A stretch of 64,000 nt of DNA. It comes from Alphaproteobacteria bacterium (GTDB lineage Bacteria > Pseudomonadota > Alphaproteobacteria > Rs-D84). Positions 49,279-57,984 of the stretch are shown piece after piece (position 1 is the first letter of the stretch; every line of letters begins with the position of its first letter). The notes beneath the pieces were generated by a model. It searched no databases. It was not told the DNA's origin and saw nothing but the letters and a program-made list of their open reading frames with translations. The stretch is from contig JAVBPX010000007.1 of NCBI GenBank assembly GCA_031549365.1, forward strand, positions 1-64,000. Reading direction: 5' to 3'. Made by a program: the position numbers and the translations under genes.

Positions 49279-50778
49279 ATGCCAAAAATTAAATGCGCGA
49301 TATATGTTCGTAAATCGACCGAGAAAGGTTTGGATATGGAATTTAATTCATTACATAACCAAGAAGATTCTTGCCGATCATACATCGCATCGCAATCATT
49401 CAACAACTGGGAATATTACAAAACATACACTGATGGTGGAATATCTGGTGGCACCATGGAGCGCCCCGCATTACAACAAATGTTGAACGACATCGAACAC
49501 GGATTGATACAAATTGTGGTGGTTTACAAAGTCGACCGCCTGTCACGACCCATCATGGATTTTCATAATATGATAAAACGTTTTGAAAAATATAATTGTG
49601 ATTTTGTTTCAATTACCCAGGCTTTTGACACATCCTCATCAATGGGAAAACTGACGCTGAATATGTTATTGTCGTTTGCCCAATTCGAACGCGAAGTATC
49701 ATCGGAACGTGTCCGCGATAAAATCCGAGCCAGCAAAGCCAAAGGCCTGTGGACTGGCGGAATGCCAAAATTGGGATACGATATTATCAATCGTAAATTG
49801 GAAATAAATCTGGACGAAGCCGATCAGGTTAAATTCATATTTGAAACATATTTGATTGTTGGATCATTGTCTGAATTATCCGAAATTACCCGCGGCCGAA
49901 ATATCACTATGAAAAAATGGACAACCCAAACCGGTCACATTATGGGTGGTGGAATATTTTCAACCAGTTCATTAAACCGATTATTGCACGAAAAATTATA
50001 CATTGGAAAAATTGAAAACAAACGCACAAAACAATTCTTTGACGGTCAACACGCGGCCATTATTTCGCCGGAATTGTTTGATGCTGTTCAACAAAAATTA
50101 TCCGACCAAAATCGCCGAAAAACTGAAACCACTAAACAATCAAACAATTTATTATCTGGTAAAATATTCAATGCCAATGGTCGGGCATTCACCAACCAAT
50201 CAACAACGGGCAGTGATAAACGATATTACGCCAGTCCTGGGTTTTACATTCCCGCCCACGATGCCGAAAGAATTGCCACAGAAACCATTGTTGAATTATT
50301 GGACGCAGACCTTTCAAAACTGCCGCCCAACACAGCGATGTCCATGAAGCAAATTGATTTCAACGGATTGGAATATTTACAGCAACGCGAATTAATCAAG
50401 TCGTTAATCGCCAAAATCATATATGCAAATAATCAAATGACATTCTTCATAAAGCCCGACCCCGCTGTAATCCGACAATTCGCAACCAACACAATCAATG
50501 AAAACAATACACCAATGGATTTCATCATCGACAACAATACAATCATTATAAAACGTGATATAGTCTTTATGAAAGGCATCAGCAGCAATAAGTATAATGC
50601 CGGTAAAACAGGAATGCTGACTATCACCGACAACAACCACCTTATCACCCGGGCATTCGTGATTGCTTGGCGATTCCGTAAAATATATGAAGAACATGGC
50701 GACACGAAACTACTGGCTAAAATGGAAAAAACATCATTGCGAAATGTTTTTAAATATTTGAATATTGCATATCTGTAA
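49279..50778 (+). CDS. Large serine recombinase (C-terminus truncated by an in-frame TAA)
   Basis: CAIYVRKST, YTDGGISGGTMERPALQ, VYKVDRLSR and FAQFERE. The frame continues PDKVNEIMSG...FEISTQ to ~50856. Confidence 0.92.
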   Translation: MPKIKCAIYVRKSTEKGLDMEFNSLHNQEDSCRSYIASQSFNNWEYYKTYTDGGISGGTMERPALQQMLNDIEHGLIQIVVVYKVDRLSRPIMDFHNMIKRFEKYNCDFVSITQAFDTSSSMGKLTLNMLLSFAQFEREVSSERVRDKIRASKAKGLWTGGMPKLGYDIINRKLEINLDEADQVKFIFETYLIVGSLSELSEITRGRNITMKKWTTQTGHIMGGGIFSTSSLNRLLHEKLYIGKIENKRTKQFFDGQHAAIISPELFDAVQQKLSDQNRRKTETTKQSNNLLSGKIFNANGRAFTNQSTTGSDKRYYASPGFYIPAHDAERIATETIVELLDADLSKLPPNTAMSMKQIDFNGLEYLQQRELIKSLIAKIIYANNQMTFFIKPDPAVIRQFATNTINENNTPMDFIIDNNTIIIKRDIVFMKGISSNKYNAGKTGMLTITDNNHLITRAFVIAWRFRKIYEEHGDTKLLAKMEKTSLRNVFKYLNIAYL

Positions 50779-50835
50779 CCCGATAAAGTAAACGAAATCA
50801 TGTCGGGCACAAAGTGTTACAGCCTTAACGATTTG

Positions 50836-50897
50836 TTCGAAATATCTACTCAATAATAAAACAGTGCACTGCCGAAAATGGGCATTGTATGTAACAT
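50836..50897. repeat. Third partial copy of the recombinase-end/att-proximal repeat
   Basis: TTCGAAATATCTACTCAATAATAAAACAGTGCACTGCCGAAA..GGGCATTGTATGTAA is shared with ~52403-52460; the AACAGTGCACTGCC part is also at ~28757. Confidence 0.85.
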
Positions 50898-51029
50898 GGT
50901 TAAAATCATCGACAATCAGGCAAAACCGCACATACGCAGTTCACTATACGAAAATAAAGGAGATAAAAATGGCTGAAACCTGCCACAACAAAAAAAGATA
51001 CTCAAACTGAGTATCTTTTTAATAAAACC

Positions 51030-51160
51030 TGGCGGAGGAGAAGGGATTTGAACTAGCGATACCTTCGCTAGTTTTTGTCGCTTTTGTGGCGACAAACGTG
51101 GCTGAACGTCGAGGTTCCATGGGTTTTGCCCATAACCTGCCACAGAATTTCAATCCCTCA
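51030..51160. other. Degenerate tRNA-Ser 3' end (att-like) embedded in a multi-hairpin structure
   Basis: TGGCGGAGGAGAAGGGATTTGAAC versus the tRNA sequence TGGCGGAGAGAGGGGGATTCGAAC, followed by three hairpins and TTCAATCCCT. Confidence 0.7.
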
Positions 51161-51192
51161 CAAAAGCCAACATTGTGGCAATACCAGGCGTC

Positions 51193-51618
51193 TTAAATAT
51201 GCACGATTTCGATATCTGGAAAATGTGTTGCCAAATATTCCGCAATCAAACGGCGATGGCATTTATCGGCGGTCTTTTCAGAACACAAAAAACACGCACC
51301 ATCCAAATCATCGGGTTTAAATAAATTCTCGACTTTTCGCGTCGCCAAAATTCCATTAAAAGTCTGTTCGTATTCTGGCCAACCGATTTCGTCGTCTTTA
51401 TAGTCTGACAACAGTTCTTTGGTCGGAGCCAGTTCCGGCATATAACAATATTTATCGCCCAATAATTTTTGCAAATTTGCGCCACTTGCCCATGGCACAA
51501 ATCGTGCCACCCGCCACATCCGAATATCAATCAATTTTTTGACGCGCACGGCATCCAGGATATCTGTAAAAATATCCTGACTTTTGCCACTGAAACCGAT
51601 TGTATAAATCTTTGTCAT
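51193..51618 (-). CDS. DUF488 family protein
   Basis: IYTIGFSGKS, LIDIR, ELAPTKELL and FLCSE...CHRRLIAE. Confidence 0.88.
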   Translation of the reverse strand: MTKIYTIGFSGKSQDIFTDILDAVRVKKLIDIRMWRVARFVPWASGANLQKLLGDKYCYMPELAPTKELLSDYKDDEIGWPEYEQTFNGILATRKVENLFKPDDLDGACFLCSEKTADKCHRRLIAEYLATHFPDIEIVHI

Positions 51619-51619
51619 A

Positions 51620-52267
51620 TTAGTACAAGAATATGCCATTCAGCATCAAATAACAATGGTTTTCTTGCATTAAAAATGGTCGCGCCAGACCAATACGACA
51701 ATGTGCAAATTGTGATGCGGCAACCACTTCGTTCAATTTTTCAACATCATTGGTTTTATCAAAAATATCGCGGATGAATTTACAGCTGACTTTCAAATTA
51801 TATTCTTTTTTTGAATAATCTGTAACCTTGGCGCGTAATTTCCCATTTTCGGTATGAAACTCAACATTTGCAGACGGGATCAAAATTGCACCCAAAGACG
51901 CACATTTTGTCTGCTTTGGCACATATGAATTTTCTTTTACTTTGTGATTAAAAATACTCTGAATGTCCTTGGATACACTGTCGCGCAACAAGTTGGCGAT
52001 TTTCTTACCCGGTTCAAAAACCTCCTGTACTTTGATTGATTCAAATTCAATATCCACATCTTCGGTTCGATGAGGATAGTCACGCGGTTCTTTAAATAGC
52101 TCATTATTCACAATGATTGATGAATATTGTGGCAACTGGTCTGCTTCCCATTATTTACCATCAATCATCAGCCGCTTCATCAGTCGTTCGTGCGTATCCC
52201 AACCAGCCACACAAAATTTATCTTTCATACATGTAATGTCCGAGATAATAATATTTGATTTTATCAT
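51620..52267 (-). pseudogene. Dual OB-fold-like protein interrupted by an in-frame TAA at 52153-52151
   Basis: RBS and ATG at 52267; MIKSNIIISDITCMKDKFCVAGW...DGK*WEADQLPQ is in frame with ORF 51620-52135 (PHRTED, SLGAI, RIGLARPF, CYLMLNGI). Confidence 0.75.
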
Positions 52268-52279
52268 AATAACTCCTTT

Positions 52280-52613
52280 ATCAAATAAAAAAAAAGCCCT
52301 GCCAGAAATAGCAGGACTAAAATTAAAAAAAGACGGATAAAATCCGCCTAAACATGTCCCATATTATATCATAAATCGTCAAAAAAATCAATCATAAATT
52401 TCTTCGAAATATCTACTCAATAATAAAACAGTGCACTGCCGAAATAGGGCATTGTATGTAAAGATCGAAATATCTAGGTGTTCCGGCAGATAAAATTACA
52501 TACCATTGCAATAACCTTAAAAACGCATCAAAAAAATCCCCGGATTCCGGGGATAATTCAAGGGTTATCGACTTTGTTAAAAATTGCAGTAAAATCAACA
52601 ACTTATCTGGCGG
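52280..52613 (-). repeat. att/promoter/leader module, tRNA-proximal copy
   Basis: Homologous to 28620-28944; TTGATT-N17-TATAAT promoter and GGCGGATTTT..CCGTC leader hairpin. Confidence 0.85.
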
Positions 52614-52697
52614 AGAGAGGGGGATTCGAACCCCCGATACCGTTGCCAGTATACACGCTTTCCAAGCGGGCGCGATCAACCACTCTGCCACCTCTCC
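52608..52697 (-). tRNA. tRNA-Ser(GGA), integration hotspot
   Basis: Reverse complement reads GGAGAGGTGGCAGAGTGGTTGATCGCGCCCGCTTGGAAAGCGTG...GGTTCGAATCCCCCTCTCTCCGCCA. Confidence 0.97.
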
Positions 52698-52765
52698 GGA
52701 TTTCTGGGATTACTATAACCACAAAACTCTAAACTTTCAAGCATAAAATCCATCCATTAAAAAAC

Positions 52766-52800
52766 AAAAAGCCCCAGGACAAATCCAAGGGGCTTTTTTA
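52766..52800 (-). terminator. Intrinsic terminator after the outer membrane protein gene
   Basis: AAAAAGCCCC...GGGGCTTTTTT. Confidence 0.65.
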
Positions 52801-52820
52801 CAAGACCCGTTTCTAAAAGC

Positions 52821-53546
52821 TTAGAAATCAATTCCCATTTTAACACCAAATGACAATTGGTCTACGTCCAAATCCATCATTTCCGGAGCATACCCAACAT
52901 AACCAAACATTGTCATATTTTGGTTAAACATATATGTTGCGCCAGCACGAAAGTCCATAACTGCTGCATCGTCAGACACATCATCTTCCCCGAACATGTT
53001 GTATTCAATTTCACCCTTTACGCCAACTTTATCAGATGTTTTAATCATCAATTCGCCCAAGATTTTGTAATCCCAGCGCCCGCCATTAACATCAACATAA
53101 CGTGCGGCACCAGTTAATCCCCATGACAAATCTGTTCCACCATAGATTTTCGCTCCAAAGGTTCCTTCTTGTTCTTCGCTATCTTGGAATCCGATTCCCC
53201 ACATACCAAATACATTCAATCCGAACTCTTCGGTATTAACTAAACGGTAATCCAATCCGACTGTTGGCGTTGCTTCTGAACCACCAAAACGGAAATAATC
53301 AGATGTTGAAAAAGTTACTGACAAATCGTTTGTAATACCATATGCGCCATAAACATCCGTCATCCAATCATCCGCTTGACGTCCGTTGATATCGCCCAAG
53401 AATTCTTCATTTTGAACAACATATTTTGTATCAACAACAACGTTGAAATGATTTTCAGCTGGACGGTATGTTGGCATCATTGTATTCGCAGCCATTGCAG
53501 ATGTCGCCATCAAAGCAAAAACTGAAGTTAACAATATTTTTTTCAT
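52821..53546 (-). CDS. Outer membrane beta-barrel protein
   Basis: Signal peptide ending AMA, amphipathic beta strands, terminal GVKMGIDF. Confidence 0.8.
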   Translation of the reverse strand: MKKILLTSVFALMATSAMAANTMMPTYRPAENHFNVVVDTKYVVQNEEFLGDINGRQADDWMTDVYGAYGITNDLSVTFSTSDYFRFGGSEATPTVGLDYRLVNTEEFGLNVFGMWGIGFQDSEEQEGTFGAKIYGGTDLSWGLTGAARYVDVNGGRWDYKILGELMIKTSDKVGVKGEIEYNMFGEDDVSDDAAVMDFRAGATYMFNQNMTMFGYVGYAPEMMDLDVDQLSFGVKMGIDF

Positions 53547-53700
53547 TCCTTTCTCCTTGTTTTTTATTACATAGCTATTGCTACATAACGAATCGTTGCA
53601 CACATCAACAACAAAAGTCAACGGGTAAAAAATCCCATTGCTTTATGGTAAAATTAGATTATAATTTCATTCCACAAAAAGAATTATGAGGGAAATAAAA

Positions 53701-54594
53701 ATGTCATTTAAATCAGCATTGGAACCCGTTGTGCGCGACGTAAATTCTGCACTTGATAACTATCTAATAATTCCGAACAAACCATTTGATTTAATATATC
53801 ACGCAACTCGATACAGCGTCCTTGACGCAGGAAAAAGATTACGCGCATTTATGACTGTTGAATCTGGGAAATTATTTAACGTTTCATACGATTCCTGTAT
53901 ACGTGCTGGCGCCACAATTGAAATGGTCCACGCATTTTCTTTAATACACGATGACTTGCCCGCATTGGATAACGATGACATACGCCGAGGCAAACCATCA
54001 TCACATAAAAAGTGGGGCGAATCGACTGCAATCCTCGCTGGCGACGCTTTGTTGAATCAGGCTTTCTATATTTTATCCTCTGACGAAAAAATATCGCCAA
54101 ACCCGGCAACCCGCCTGGAACTTGTTCGTGTACTTTCCGAATGCACAGGCATGATGGGAATGATATCCGGCGAATTAATGGATTTAATGGCCGAAGATGG
54201 CAAATCGTTCCAAACCATTGCCGATGTCGACATGATTCAATTTTATAAAACCGGACAAATCTTTACATCCACTTTGCTGTTTGGCGCGACACTTGGCAAC
54301 GCAACGGATCAGCAAAAAAACGCATTAAAAACTTATGCTCGTACATTCGGTCTGGCGTTTCAAATTACCGATGATATTTTGGATGTCGAAGGCGACCCAG
54401 AACTAGTTGGCAAAACTTTGCACAAAGACGCAAAATCCGGCAAAGCCACATACATATCAATCATGGGCTTGGAACCTGCCCGCAATACTGCAAAAAAATT
54501 AATTGACGACGCAATAAACGCTCTATCAATTTTTGATGAACGTGCGGATAATTTACGTGAATTGGCAAAATATACTCTAACTCGGAAATCATAA
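53701..54594 (+). CDS. ispA: Polyprenyl (farnesyl) diphosphate synthase
   Basis: GKRLR, SLIHDDLPALDNDDIRRGKPS and FQITDDILD. Confidence 0.93.
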   Translation: MSFKSALEPVVRDVNSALDNYLIIPNKPFDLIYHATRYSVLDAGKRLRAFMTVESGKLFNVSYDSCIRAGATIEMVHAFSLIHDDLPALDNDDIRRGKPSSHKKWGESTAILAGDALLNQAFYILSSDEKISPNPATRLELVRVLSECTGMMGMISGELMDLMAEDGKSFQTIADVDMIQFYKTGQIFTSTLLFGATLGNATDQQKNALKTYARTFGLAFQITDDILDVEGDPELVGKTLHKDAKSGKATYISIMGLEPARNTAKKLIDDAINALSIFDERADNLRELAKYTLTRKS

Positions 54595-54596
54595 TC

Positions 54597-55154
54597 ATGG
54601 CGGAAAAAATTGATGTATTAAATTCATTCGGCGAAAAAACATGGGACATCCTCGATCGCGACACAATACACAAACTTGGCAAATGGCATCGGGGCATTCG
54701 CGTTTTTATTTTAAATGATAAAAACCAAGTTTTGTTACAACAACGCTCGGCAAACAAAGAGAGCTATCCAAACATATGGGACCTATCTGCGGCGGGTCAC
54801 GTTGAATCTGGATCAACATCCATCGATACTGCAATCCGCGAAGTATCCGAAGAATTGGGCCTCACAATAACTCGCGATGAATTAAATTATTTGGGCACAC
54901 ATACAGACTCGGATAATATCTCGGAAAATTTCATAGGTAACGCATTTTATGATATTTTCTTTGTTCAAAAAAATGTTGATATAACTACTTTAACATTACA
55001 GCCAGACGAAGTATCAAATGTCAAATGGCTACCATTTTCTGAATTGGTTGACCTTGTTAATTCTGATCACCCAGAATACATAATTGATCTTATTGAAATT
55101 GCCATGCTTTCAAAAAAATTAAATTATGCTTCAACCCGCCCCACCTGCGAATAA
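54597..55154 (+). CDS. NUDIX protein, type 1 IPP isomerase-like
   Basis: IHKLGKWHR, LLQQRS.NK..YPNIWD.SAAGH and AIREVSEELG; coupled to ispA. Confidence 0.8.
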   Translation: MAEKIDVLNSFGEKTWDILDRDTIHKLGKWHRGIRVFILNDKNQVLLQQRSANKESYPNIWDLSAAGHVESGSTSIDTAIREVSEELGLTITRDELNYLGTHTDSDNISENFIGNAFYDIFFVQKNVDITTLTLQPDEVSNVKWLPFSELVDLVNSDHPEYIIDLIEIAMLSKKLNYASTRPTCE

Positions 55155-55201
55155 AATAAAAAATGCCCCGACATATGCCGGGGCTACAATTATCCCTTAT
55201 A

Positions 55202-55579
55202 CTACTTAAAATTTTGAACCTTTTTCTTGACAGCATCCGACACAACACTGGAAGCTCCTGTTTCATTTTTAATAGCCTCCATCAATATTTCTTTATCCTT
55301 ATTATTACCAATTGATGAATATACTGAATAAAAATCATCAAAATTAAAATCTTTAACCGATATTTTTAAAATCTCGATATAATTATTTTCTTCCAATAAA
55401 CGTATCAATAACTCAATATTTTCATCCATAAATTTATAACTGACACCAGCATACACAGCCAACGTTTTCATATCTGCGCGATCAAGAGCATCTTCTAAAC
55501 GTTTTTGCTGCTCTAAATGCTTTACAGCTTTTTTTAAACGTCTTCTTCCAAAAATTGATAACATCACCATATCTAGCAT
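55202..55579 (-). CDS. Hypothetical protein
   Basis: 125 aa ORF with GAGG RBS. Confidence 0.55.
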   Translation of the reverse strand: MLDMVMLSIFGRRRLKKAVKHLEQQKRLEDALDRADMKTLAVYAGVSYKFMDENIELLIRLLEENNYIEILKISVKDFNFDDFYSVYSSIGNNKDKEILMEAIKNETGASSVVSDAVKKKVQNFK

Positions 55580-55714
55580 TTACCTCATAAAGCCATTATA
55601 TCATACATACTATCTCCAAAACAAATATTTCCATTCATTGTGAAAAAATCCCCAAATTTGCTTTAATTTTTGCAACATGATATAATTCGTTAAAATAAAC
55701 AACGGAAATACGCA

Positions 55715-56365
55715 ATGATAAAAAACAATCCACTCCGCCACGCACTAATCCTCAGCCTGCCCTATCTAATCGCCATAATGGTCGCAGTAATATTATTTAT
55801 AATATCTGACCTCTACATTGAACATCCTGGCATAAACAACATGTTCATCAGTGTGGCCTCCACCCTGATCGGTGTTCCGACGGTGTTTTTATGCTATGAC
55901 ATCATCCGGCACTTTACAACAATGGATCTGCGTCGTTCTTTGTTTAATCATTTTTCATTGGAAATGAACAAATCGATCCATGAAATTTTATTAACATTTC
56001 AACGAATGCTCCGAAAATCAAGCGGCAAAACAGATGAACTCTATATCTTAAAATCATTAAACAAATCGGAAATCCAAAAACGCTTACGCATAAATGATTT
56101 GGACGTAAAAACATTGCATAATCAATCGATACACTTAAATTCTATCATACACGGCAACGCATACCGCTCGGCCCTATCGCGCGAAGAAATGCTAATGCTC
56201 GTAAACTTTTCGCGTACATTAAATGCGTTGATCCACGAAATGACTTTGAACGATAACAAACATCGCAACCTGGACGTAATCGCCACATTAATGATTGAAT
56301 TATTGAACATGATGGACGAACTCTCTGGCCTGGGCGAAACCGAAGGCCTCATCGAAATAAACTAA
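55715..56365 (+). CDS. Hypothetical membrane protein (two N-terminal TMs)
   Basis: Two hydrophobic helices followed by a soluble helical domain. Confidence 0.65.
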   Translation: MIKNNPLRHALILSLPYLIAIMVAVILFIISDLYIEHPGINNMFISVASTLIGVPTVFLCYDIIRHFTTMDLRRSLFNHFSLEMNKSIHEILLTFQRMLRKSSGKTDELYILKSLNKSEIQKRLRINDLDVKTLHNQSIHLNSIIHGNAYRSALSREEMLMLVNFSRTLNALIHEMTLNDNKHRNLDVIATLMIELLNMMDELSGLGETEGLIEIN

Positions 56366-56539
56366 AACCAAACAACAAAACACCTATCCTAAAAATCGTT
56401 CATATACCTAAAACAAAAAAACAATGGTTTCAAACTAAAAAATCGCGTCCGAATGTGGAATAAAATAAATAGTAAATATTTATTTTATGGAACAGAAACA
56501 ACAAATTTTTAATTTGTATGTTTCGCCGTTTGAATGGAA

Positions 56540-56762
56540 AAATTTATCGTTTTTCAAGGCCCGCTGTGTATATAAACATACATGACCGAGCCCAGGTCCG
56601 AAAAAATCATCAGCCACAGGATCCCCAATAATTTTTCCCACGGTTAAATCGTTTCAAAATGCGATGATTGGGTGAATTGCCGAAGTTTTTTGACGCGACG
56701 GAGCATATATAGACATATGTGACCCGCGCAAAAAACTAGCAATGCGCCCAAGGGCGCATTTT
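56540..56762. repeat. Family B RPE-like repeats (two hairpin units)
   Basis: GTGTATATAAACATACATGACC and GGAGCATATATAGACATATGTGACC cores; ends AATGCGCCCAAGGGCGCATTTT as at ~590. Confidence 0.75.
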
Positions 56763-57721
56763 CAAACGATTTCTGTAACGGCGCGCAACGCCCCATCCCT
56801 GGCCAACTGCACCACATGAATCTTTTTCTTCATTTCGGCCATTAATTCGGATCTGTTTAAACTCGGCTTGGTATGCAAAATTCTGTCTGCAAATGCGGCA
56901 TATGCTGCCTCGGCTGATTCTGCATGAATGGTTGTATAAAAATGATCATGACCTGTGCCCATCATTTCCCACAAAATCCCGGCATTATCTGTCGAAATTT
57001 CACCACCGATGATCACATCTGGGGTCATACGCACAACCAAATCCAATAATTTTGCATAATTAAAATTATTGTTTTGTTCGGTACGTGATAAAATAAAATG
57101 AACCCGGTTTTCTTGCGGCACTTTAACCTCACGCGCATCTTCAACTGTAATAACGCGCAAATTTCTGTCCAACAAAGTCAACAAATGATTTAAAAACGTG
57201 GTTTTACCGGTGGACGTAGCCCCAGAAATCAAAATCGGCGACCCATCGTTAATGGCCGCCATCAAACGTTCATACGGATCATCTGGTCGAACCTTGCCGC
57301 GCTTTTTAATTGACTTCAAAGCCTCGCCTTTTTTCAAATGATAATTTTCAAAAGATGTATCTTTCGCCATAGTCCCACGAATATTTAACGCAACACCACC
57401 CGTAACATCATTATCGTCATACATAACATTTGGTCCCGCAATCCCAGTAAATCTGTGATTCCCGGGTAACGTAGCATAAACAACCGGATTCCCATGAATC
57501 GGATCAAACGGACGTTCGTAAATATTTGCAACTGTATGAATTAAATCGACCAAATATTGCTTTGATAACTTGTCGGACATATGACGCACCCACGGAACTT
57601 TTGTTCCATGCAAACGCATCCAAACCTCGCCCGCCCGATTAATTGCGATTTCCTCGACAAATTCAGGCTCAAAAAACTCGGCCAACGGTTTTATCAAAGT
57701 ATCTAAAACAATATCCGCCAT
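56762..57721 (-). CDS. virB11: Type IV secretion ATPase VirB11
   Basis: EEIAINR, ISGATSTGKTTF, TVEDAREV, RMTPDVIIGGEI and TGH...TTIHA. Confidence 0.88.
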   Translation of the reverse strand: MADIVLDTLIKPLAEFFEPEFVEEIAINRAGEVWMRLHGTKVPWVRHMSDKLSKQYLVDLIHTVANIYERPFDPIHGNPVVYATLPGNHRFTGIAGPNVMYDDNDVTGGVALNIRGTMAKDTSFENYHLKKGEALKSIKKRGKVRPDDPYERLMAAINDGSPILISGATSTGKTTFLNHLLTLLDRNLRVITVEDAREVKVPQENRVHFILSRTEQNNNFNYAKLLDLVVRMTPDVIIGGEISTDNAGILWEMMGTGHDHFYTTIHAESAEAAYAAFADRILHTKPSLNRSELMAEMKKKIHVVQLARDGALRAVTEIV

Positions 57722-57869
57722 AAAAATCCTCTCTCTGGCATATTTTACCACACCCTAATAAAAAACACAAAAGATAAAAATACCCAAAGGCACGCCACAA
57801 CTCCATAATCGCGTCAGAATCTAACAGTCATAATTAATTCAGACAACATTCACACTGTATAAAAACATT

Positions 57870-57978
57870 CAAAATGTGTCGAATGAGCGTGTTTACGAAG
57901 TTTTTTCAGCGGGAGGAGCGTATACAGACAGACATACCCCTAAAAAACGAGAAACGCGCCACAGACGGCGCGTTTTCA
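57870..57978. repeat. Degenerate family B repeat
   Basis: AAAATGTGTCG...GAAGTTTTTT...GGAGCGTATACAGACA...AAACGCGCC..GGCGCGTTTT. Confidence 0.5.
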
Positions 57979-57984
57979 ACGTTT

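Larger units (their letters stand above)
29361..51053. mobile_element. tRNA-Ser-associated serine-recombinase genomic island with packaging genes
   Basis: Right end is a degenerate tRNA 3' copy, TGGCGGAGGAGAAGGGATTTGAAC (51030-51053). Left end is tentatively CTGGCGGTGG at 29361 followed by CAGGGAA repeats. Contains recombinase, DUF2924, ParB-MTase, DUF5681 and terL. Left boundary uncertain. Confidence 0.75.

Noticed and set aside
50776-52153. Stop-codon reassignment suggested by two in-frame TAA codons
   Set aside because: TAA terminates many conserved genes in this window, so point mutations or sequence errors are the simpler explanation.
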